Positions 10,462 through 16,968 of a stretch of 62,371 nucleotides of DNA are shown one piece after another; the stretch's first letter is position 1; each line of letters starts with the position of its first letter. This DNA comes from Planctomycetota bacterium (GTDB lineage: Bacteria; Planctomycetota; PLA2), in assembly GCA_027297745.1 (NCBI GenBank), contig JAPUHK010000257.1, forward strand, positions 1-62,371, in the 5' to 3' direction. Below the pieces are notes generated by a model. That model was given only the letters and a program-made list of their open reading frames with translations, did not search any database and had not been told where the DNA came from. Position numbers and translations under genes: made by a program.

Positions 10462-10802
10462 AGGGTCTGTCTGAGAACTCATCTGGATTCGGCCGGCTGC
10501 GGCGTCGCTTGGCTGTGTCGCGCCCGCACAGGCGGTGTTTCGAAGACCACCTGGCGCCCTGCACCAAAGCCGTGATGCTCGGACGCTCCTCTCATGGAGT
10601 CGCCTGCGTCGTCGCTTGCTCGCCTGACGACTCCGGTGCCTGGGCTTGGTCCTGACGGTGGCCCTCGAAACACAGCCTGAGCGCAACTCTCCGTTGATAC
10701 GGCGTCGGGGACGCGACGCCGCCAGGCTTGTCCTCGCGCCCGTCCTCGGTCCTGACGATGAGCTGTCACACAGACCCTGGACCACGTCCAATCCGCCCTA
10801 CA

Positions 10803-11639
10803 ATGCGCGCCATGAGATTCCTGTTGTGCACGCTGCTGCTGACCGCTCCCGCGCTCTCGGCCGACAAGAAGGAATGGGCCAAGGGCATCCCCTACACGAC
10901 GGACTGGAAGGCCGCCATCAAGGAGGCCAAGAACACGGGGAAGATGATCCTCATCTACAACGGATGGCAACGGGAACGGATATGAGCTCCCTGTGATGCG
11001 TTGAAGTCCGCCGTGCGCGGGCTCACCTCCGGGAAGAAGGGTTACGAGAAGTGGCCCAAGCTGTTCCAGAAGAACTTCATCTTCCTCAGCGAGTTCACTA
11101 CCTCGGTGGCGGAGGAGCACGAGCCGCGCGGGCCTGAGGGCCCCTATCGCTTCAAGGACCGCAGCGTGCCGGTGCTCGTGATCAAGAAGTGGAACGGCGA
11201 CACGATCGTGCAGCAGCTCGGTTGGGGCGGTGCGGAGAACCGACTCGAGCAGATCTTGTCCTCGGCCATCAAGAAGAACGGCCCCGTCGCTCCGCCCAAA
11301 GCGCTGCGGCCGTTGCTCAAGTCCTACAAGAAGGGCGGCGAGCACTTGAAGAAGGGGCGCACCGCTGCGGCCATCCGCGAGTTCCAGGCCGTGCTGAGGG
11401 CGGGTGGCAAGAAGAAGGTCTTCCGTGAAGAGCCCCCGCCCGTAATGAACGACGCGACCGAGCGCCTCGAGGAGCTCGAGCAGCGTTGCCGCGAGGAGAT
11501 GGAAAAGGTGGCTGCGACGGCACAGAAAGATGCCGCCGGGGCACGCAAGGCCTATGGCAAGCTGCTCAGGGACTACGGCGGGATCAAACCGCTCAAGACC
11601 GAGCTGCGGAAGATCATCAAGGAACTCCCAAAGGAATAG
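10803..11639 (+). CDS. Secreted thioredoxin-fold protein with in-frame TGA (candidate Sec at residue 61, U-A-P-C motif) and a helical Lys-rich C-terminal region
   Basis: Track ORFs 10728..10985 and 11001..11639 share one frame and are separated only by TGA at 10983-10985. The fused sequence reads ...KMILIYNGWQRERI-U-APCDALK.... A signal peptide MRFLLCTLLLTAPALSA is present. SVPVLVIKKWNG fits the cis-Pro/beta3 region of the Trx fold. Confidence 0.6.
10983..11025 (+). promoter_or_regulatory. Candidate bacterial SECIS-like hairpin starting at the UGA
   Basis: UGAGC(10983-87)/GCUCA(11021-25) pair, followed by a bulged U and CC/GG. The inner helix could be GCGU/GCGC or alternatively CCGC(11008-11)/GCGG(11017-20) with a CGUGC loop. 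Folded by eye only. Confidence 0.3.
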
Positions 11640-11642
11640 CTG

Positions 11643-11690
11643 TCAGCTATCAGCCGTCACAAGGGGCTGATAGCTGATGGCTTCTTATAA
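11643..11690 (+). terminator. Intrinsic terminator-like hairpin
   Basis: Perfect 12-bp stem CAGCTATCAGCC (11644-55) / GGCTGATAGCTG (11665-76) with a 9-nt loop, followed by ATGGCTTCTTATAAA. Confidence 0.5.
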
Positions 11691-11699
11691 ACTCGCCGC

Positions 11700-13217
11700 G
11701 TGAGCGCTAAGCGCAGCACCGCCGAGAGCTACCACGAGCTGACCAACTACACGCACGAGACGTTGCGCCGTGTCAGCGCCCCCGACCCGGGGCAACAACC
11801 CGCGCCGTTCAAGGAGGTCGTCAGTAGCCAGCGCGTTCCGCTGCGCGCCTACCTCCCCTTCGGGAAGGACCCGTTCACGGGCGAGCGGCTGGACCCCGCG
11901 CCGCCCAGCGACGAAGGCGATCTGGGCCTGGCGGTCTTGTCGCGCCTCCTGTTTCACACCTACGGCATCACGGGAGTCGTGCAGTTCGAGGGAGGCGGTG
12001 GACATATGTTGCGCGCGGCGCCCTCCGCAGGCGCGCTCTACCCGTCCGAGCTGTACCTGGTTGCGCCGCCCTTGCCGGAGCTGGAGGCGGGCATCTACCA
12101 CTATCAGGTGGCGCAGCACGAGCTCGTGCGTCTGTGGGAAGGAGACCACACGGACGCCGTGCAGCGCGCGCTGGGCGGCCAGGCCTTTCCCGACACGCGC
12201 GCGTTCCTGCTCTTGAGCGGCGTCTTCTGGCGCAGCGCGTGGCGCTACGGGGAACGTGGCTACCGCCGCGTGCTGCTCGACGCCGGACACGTGCTCGGCA
12301 ATCTGGCCGCCTACGCACCGGCCGAGGGCTGGACGGCGGTGCCCGCCGCGGGATTCAACGACGCCGCGCTGAACGGCCTGCTCTTCTTGGACGACGCGCA
12401 GGAGGCGGTGCTCCTGTGCATGCCCATCCTGCGCGAGGAGTCCGTGCCGCGCCCTTCGCGCCTGCTGCGCTCGTCCGTGACGTTGGGCAAGGCGGACGGC
12501 TCGCCCAACGTATCCGGGCCGGAAGCGCTCGCCGCGAGCGCCACCGTCGCCCTGCACCGCGCCTCGTGCTGCGAGGCGGACGCCGCGTTGGTCGAGGCCG
12601 GGGTCGGGGCCGCCCCCTCCGATCGCGCGCTGCCGCTCACGCCGCCCACACGCCGCCCGCCGGTGCACGCGGGACGGGCCATCCTGCGCCGGCGGTCCGC
12701 GCGCAGCTACTCGGGAGAAGCCATCGGGCTTCAGCCCCTCGCCCTATGCCTCGACTCGACCTTTTGCCGCAGCGCTCCGGACGCGGCCGAGTGCTGGTTC
12801 CCGGTCCGGCGCTCCGGTCTGCTGGACTCCAGGCTCGTGGCGCTGCGCGTCGAGGGTCTCGCGCCCGGCATCTATGGCATCGAGGGTGCCGGCGAGGCGC
12901 TCCTGCCTTTGAGCCTGGGCGATTTCGGCGAGCGTTTCTTCGAGGCCACGCTGGCGCAGGAGATCGCGCGCGACTGTGCCGCGGCCGTGGCCTTCACCGC
13001 GCCGCTCCATGCCGCGGTCGAACGCTGGGGCGAACGCGCCTACCGCTACCTGCACCTCGAAGCGGGCCATCTGGGCGAGCGCCTGCAGATCGCCGCCACG
13101 AGCGCGCGCTTGAGCTGCTGCGGGATCGCAGGCTTCCTGGACGAGGAGGCGGCCAGCCTGCTCGCGCTCGAGCCCGACGAGATCACGCTCTACTTCGTGA
13201 CGCTCGGGAAGGAATAG
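11700..13217 (+). CDS. SagB/ThcOx-type dehydrogenase, tandem nitroreductase-like domains
   Basis: GTG start. ESYHELTNYTHET resembles the SagB-type N-terminus, with RAAPSAGALYPSELY and YRRVLLDAGH. The second half restarts with ILRRRSARSYSG and ends HLEAGHLGERL ... GIAGF. Confidence 0.8.
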   Translation: MSAKRSTAESYHELTNYTHETLRRVSAPDPGQQPAPFKEVVSSQRVPLRAYLPFGKDPFTGERLDPAPPSDEGDLGLAVLSRLLFHTYGITGVVQFEGGGGHMLRAAPSAGALYPSELYLVAPPLPELEAGIYHYQVAQHELVRLWEGDHTDAVQRALGGQAFPDTRAFLLLSGVFWRSAWRYGERGYRRVLLDAGHVLGNLAAYAPAEGWTAVPAAGFNDAALNGLLFLDDAQEAVLLCMPILREESVPRPSRLLRSSVTLGKADGSPNVSGPEALAASATVALHRASCCEADAALVEAGVGAAPSDRALPLTPPTRRPPVHAGRAILRRRSARSYSGEAIGLQPLALCLDSTFCRSAPDAAECWFPVRRSGLLDSRLVALRVEGLAPGIYGIEGAGEALLPLSLGDFGERFFEATLAQEIARDCAAAVAFTAPLHAAVERWGERAYRYLHLEAGHLGERLQIAATSARLSCCGIAGFLDEEAASLLALEPDEITLYFVTLGKE

Positions 13218-13242
13218 GTCTTAGGCTTCGCCTGATCCTCCA

Positions 13243-13328
13243 CCCCTACCTTTACCCCCACCTCTACCTTTGATCCCTTCCCCTTCCTCGAGAGGAGAGG
13301 CAAGGTGCAAGCGTAGAGGCAAGGAGAG
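13243..13328. repeat. Polypyrimidine/polypurine palindromic intergenic element
   Basis: CCCCTACCTTTACCCCCACCTCTACCTTTGATCCCTTCCCCTTCCTC is followed by GAGAGGAGAGGCAAGG...GTAGAGGCAAGGAGAG. CCTCTAC (13261-67) pairs with GTAGAGG (13313-19). It lies between convergent gene ends (13217 and 13333). Confidence 0.55.
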
Positions 13329-13332
13329 CAAC

Positions 13333-14691
13333 TCAGAGCAGCCCGACCCAGTGCGCGACCAGGAACAGCAAACCAGCGCCGAGCACGTCGTTTGCCGTGG
13401 TCACGAACGGGCTGGTCGCGATGGCCGGATCGATCTTGAAGCGGTTCAGGGTCAGCGGCACGACCATGCCCATCGTGGCGCCCACCGTCATCGCCGTCAG
13501 GATCGAGAGACCGGCCGTCACCGCGTAGAGCGCCACGCGCGGATCGTCGGGATACGCGCCCAAGGTGTAGAGGTACAAGAGCCCGCCGAACAGGACGCCC
13601 AGGCTGAGCCCTGTCAGGGCCTCCATGGAGACAGCCCTCCAGGGTGCACGCAGGTTGCTGCGGCCGAGCGCCAACCCGCGCACGGTGAGCGTCGCCGTCT
13701 GCATGCTCGCGTTGCCGGCCATGCCCAGCACGACGGGAATGAACACGATCAGGAGCTCCGCGCTCTTCAGGCGGCCTTCCATGGATCCGATGATCATCGC
13801 GGCCAGAATGCCGCCCCCGAACGCCGGGATCAGCCACGGCGCACGGGAGCGGATCGAGAGCAACACCGAGCGGCCGTACAGCTCGTCCGGGTTGACGCCG
13901 GCCAGGTGCGCGATGTCCTCCGTGGCCTCCTCCTCGATCACGTCGAGCACGTCGTCGACCATCACCTGGCCCACGAGGCGGCCCTCCGCGTCGATCACGG
14001 GCACATCGGTGAGGTCGTACTCCTTGACGATCTCCGCCAACTCCTCCTGGTCGATCGTCACGGGCACCGCGACGGGCTCGCGCTCCATGATCGACTCGAT
14101 GCTCGCGTCCGGCCGGGCGAGCAAGAGCGCCGTCGCACCCACGCGCCCGACGAGACGATCGCGGTCGTCGACCACGAAGATCTCGTGCACCTCGCCGAGC
14201 TCGTCCGCCATGGAACGGATCTCGTCCACCGCTTGGGAGACCGTGGAGGATGCGCGGAGCTTGACCAGCTCCGTCTGCATGATGCCGCCCGCGCTGTCGT
14301 CCGGGTATTCGAGCAGCTCGCGCAGCTCTTCCTGCTCGGGGCGATCGAGGTGTTCGAGCGTTTCCTCCGCCTTTTGCGTCTCCAGCTCGCCGAGCAGGTC
14401 CGCCGCGTCGTCCGTGCGGGACTCGCGCACGATCTCGGCGATCTCCTCCGCCGGCAGGTCCTCGAGAATCTCCTCGCGCTCGGGCGGCTCGACCTCGCGC
14501 AGCACCTCCGAGGCGAGCGGCGTCTCCATGGCGCGGATGGCGCGCAGGCGATCCTCCTCATCGGGCAGCGCCTCCACGAGGTCGGCCAGCTCCTGGGGGC
14601 GCAGGAGCAGGAAGAAGCGGCCAAGATCCTCCTCGGATCCGAAGCGGATCAAGCGCTGCAGCGCGGAGAGCTTGGCCTCTTCACCCGCCAT
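13333..14691 (-). CDS. mgtE: Magnesium transporter MgtE
   Basis: N-terminal MgtE domain, tandem CBS region (IFVVDDRDRLVGRV, VPVIDAEGRLVGQV) and a C-terminal TM domain with VLGMAGNASMQTATL and PFVTTANDV. Confidence 0.93.
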   Translation of the reverse strand: MAGEEAKLSALQRLIRFGSEEDLGRFFLLLRPQELADLVEALPDEEDRLRAIRAMETPLASEVLREVEPPEREEILEDLPAEEIAEIVRESRTDDAADLLGELETQKAEETLEHLDRPEQEELRELLEYPDDSAGGIMQTELVKLRASSTVSQAVDEIRSMADELGEVHEIFVVDDRDRLVGRVGATALLLARPDASIESIMEREPVAVPVTIDQEELAEIVKEYDLTDVPVIDAEGRLVGQVMVDDVLDVIEEEATEDIAHLAGVNPDELYGRSVLLSIRSRAPWLIPAFGGGILAAMIIGSMEGRLKSAELLIVFIPVVLGMAGNASMQTATLTVRGLALGRSNLRAPWRAVSMEALTGLSLGVLFGGLLYLYTLGAYPDDPRVALYAVTAGLSILTAMTVGATMGMVVPLTLNRFKIDPAIATSPFVTTANDVLGAGLLFLVAHWVGLL

Positions 14692-14803
14692 AGGCCGGGA
14701 GTATAGGCCCTGCGCGGACTTTTCCCGCCCGCGCATCGCCGTATGTCAAGCGGCCGAACGCGCCACCGCGCAGGAAGGCGTCGCCGCAGCGGAACGAGTA
14801 TAA

Positions 14804-14824
14804 TAAGTGTCTCTTCTACACTTA
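14804..14824. promoter_or_regulatory. Predicted NrtR operator (21-bp palindrome TAAGTGT-CTCTTCT-ACACTTA) overlapping a TATAAT -10 box upstream of nadA
   Basis: Perfect 7-bp arms with a GT-N7-AC core. TATAAT lies at 14799-14804. A near-identical site occurs at 23463-23483, and an NrtR-like gene lies at 21195-21872. Confidence 0.6.
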
Positions 14825-14843
14825 CTCTCTGGAGAGTTGAAAC

Positions 14844-15935
14844 GTGCAGATAGCCTCCCCGGTCTTGGCCGAAAAGCGGCCGACAACGCCCCACGACCTG
14901 GAAGAGAGCGAGATCGTCGAACGCATCCGCTCCATTCTGGCGGCTCACGGCTCTACCACGGTTCTGCTGGCGCATCACTACCAACGGCGCGAGATCGTCG
15001 ACCTCGCGGACTTCCGCGGAGACAGCTTCGAGCTGTGCATGGCGGCGAGCCGCCAACGCGAGGCCGAGCGCATCGTCTTCTGCGGCGTGCGCTTCATGGT
15101 CGAGTCCGCCTCGATCCTGGCGCGCGAGGACCAGAGCGTCTTCCATCCGAACGAGCGGGCGGGCTGCCCGATGGCCGACATGGCCAGCTGCAGCCTGGTC
15201 GAGGACGCCTGGGCCGACCTGGAGGCGCGGGGCCTCGCGAGCACGACCATCCCCGTGACCTACATGAACTCCGATGCCGACCTGAAGGCGTTCACGGGGC
15301 GCAACGGCGGCATCGTCTGCACGTCTTCCAACGCCACGCGGGTCTTCGACTGGGCCTTCGAGCGCGGCGAGCGCATCATTTTCTACCCGGACGAGCACCT
15401 GGGCCGCAACGTGGCCAACTGGGCCGGCATCCCGCGCGACCTCCAGTTCATCTACGACCCGCGCCTGCCGCTCGGCGGGCTGAGCGAAGAGGATTTCCGG
15501 CGCAGCCGGGTCCTGCTGTGGAAGGGCTATTGCCACGTTCACACGCACTTCACGGCCGACCACATCGAGCATGCGCGCAGCAAGTGGCCGGGCGTGTACG
15601 TGATGGCGCACCCCGAGTGCACCGAAGAGGTCGTGGCCGAGGCGGACTTCTCGGGCTCAACCTCGCAGATGTGCCGCAAGGTGGCCGAGGCGCCGGCCGG
15701 GGCGATCTTCGCGATCGCCACCGAAGTGAACATGATCCACCGCCTGGCCTACGAGCACCCGGACAAGCAGGTGCACACGCTGTCCCGCTCGCTGTGCCCG
15801 AACATGTACCGCATCAACCTGTACAACCTCTACGACCTGGTACGCGACATCGAGAACGCGGAGCCCGTCGTGCTGTCCGCACAGGTCCAGCACGACGCGC
15901 GGCTGGCGCTCGATCGCATGCTGGCCGTCCCGTAG
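14844..15935 (+). CDS. nadA: Quinolinate synthase
   Basis: GTG start 8 nt after GGAGAG. LLAHHYQRREIVDLADFRGDSFEL, IVFCGVRFMVESASIL and the VTYMNSDADLKAF/HPEC motifs match NadA. Confidence 0.9.
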   Translation: MQIASPVLAEKRPTTPHDLEESEIVERIRSILAAHGSTTVLLAHHYQRREIVDLADFRGDSFELCMAASRQREAERIVFCGVRFMVESASILAREDQSVFHPNERAGCPMADMASCSLVEDAWADLEARGLASTTIPVTYMNSDADLKAFTGRNGGIVCTSSNATRVFDWAFERGERIIFYPDEHLGRNVANWAGIPRDLQFIYDPRLPLGGLSEEDFRRSRVLLWKGYCHVHTHFTADHIEHARSKWPGVYVMAHPECTEEVVAEADFSGSTSQMCRKVAEAPAGAIFAIATEVNMIHRLAYEHPDKQVHTLSRSLCPNMYRINLYNLYDLVRDIENAEPVVLSAQVQHDARLALDRMLAVP

Positions 15936-15948
15936 GTCCGCGCCGGAC

Positions 15949-16965
15949 ATGGGGGCGCCGGTAACAGACCAGTTCGAGCGGCGGCTGCGCGACCTGCGCG
16001 TCTCGGTCACGGACCGCTGCAACTTCCGCTGCCCCTACTGCATGCCCGCGGAGGTCTTCAACGAGAGCTACGGGTTCCTGCCGAAGCAGGAGATCCTGAG
16101 CTTCGAGGAGATCGAACGCCTGGCGCGCGCCTTCGTGGCGCTCGGCGTGCGCAAGCTGCGTCTGACGGGCGGCGAGCCCCTGCTGCGCCGGGAGCTGCCA
16201 AAGCTGATCGAGCGCCTGGCACGCATCGAGGGCGTGGAAGACCTCAGCCTGACGACGAACGGCTCCAAGCTGGCCGAGTGGGCGCAAGCGCTGAAAGACG
16301 CCGGCCTGCGGCGCGTGACCGTCAGCCTGGACAGCCTCGACCCGGAGGTCTTCAGGCGCATGAACGACCGGGGCCTGCCGGTGGAGCGCGTGCTGGAGGG
16401 CATCGCCGCGGCCGAGCGGGCCGGCTTGAGCCCCATCAAGCTCAACTGCGTCGTGCGGCGTGGCATCAACGACCACACGATCGCCGGCCTGGCCTCCCAC
16501 TTCCGCGGAACGGGTCACATCGTGCGCTTCATCGAGTTCATGGACGTGGGCACGATGAACGGCTGGGACCTGAAGCACGTGGTCCCCAAGCGCGAGATCC
16601 TGCAGCTGCTGTCGCGCGAGGCAGCGTTGGAACCCGTGCCTCCGGGCTACCCCGGCGAAGTGGCCACGCGCTGGCGCTACGCCGACGGCAGCGGCGAGGT
16701 CGGCATCATCGCCTCGGTTTCGGAGCCGTTCTGCAAGGGGTGCACGCGCGCGCGTCTCACGGCGGACGGCCGCTTCGTCACGTGCCTGTTCGCGAACGGC
16801 GGCCCGAGCCTGCGCGACCCGCTGCGGGCCGGCGCGACGGACGAGGAGTTGCGCGCGCGCATCAGCGCGATCTGGACGGGGCGCACGGACCGTTACTCCG
16901 AGCAGCGCTCGGAAAACACCGACCTGCGCTCGTCCAAGATCGAGATGTATCAAATCGGCGGCTGA
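15949..16965 (+). CDS. moaA: GTP 3',8-cyclase (molybdenum cofactor biosynthesis protein A)
   Basis: LRVSVTDRCNFRCPYCMP radical-SAM motif, TGGEPLLR, and C-terminal CKGCTRARLTADG with terminal GG. Confidence 0.93.
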   Translation: MGAPVTDQFERRLRDLRVSVTDRCNFRCPYCMPAEVFNESYGFLPKQEILSFEEIERLARAFVALGVRKLRLTGGEPLLRRELPKLIERLARIEGVEDLSLTTNGSKLAEWAQALKDAGLRRVTVSLDSLDPEVFRRMNDRGLPVERVLEGIAAAERAGLSPIKLNCVVRRGINDHTIAGLASHFRGTGHIVRFIEFMDVGTMNGWDLKHVVPKREILQLLSREAALEPVPPGYPGEVATRWRYADGSGEVGIIASVSEPFCKGCTRARLTADGRFVTCLFANGGPSLRDPLRAGATDEELRARISAIWTGRTDRYSEQRSENTDLRSSKIEMYQIGG

Positions 16966-16968
16966 CCG

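Noticed and set aside
10728-10802. Upstream extension of the Trx-fold gene from the ATG at 10728 (MSSRPSSVLTMSCHTDPGPRPIRPT).
   Set aside because: The extension precedes a canonical signal peptide that starts at the ATGs at 10803/10812 and has no features of its own. The shorter start is more plausible.
14692-14843. Possible Mg2+ riboswitch (M-box) in front of mgtE, or a Moco riboswitch in front of moaA.
   Set aside because: The mgtE upstream gap is only about 150 nt and is shared with the nadA promoter and operator. The moaA start is 13 nt after nadA. No conserved riboswitch motifs were recognised.
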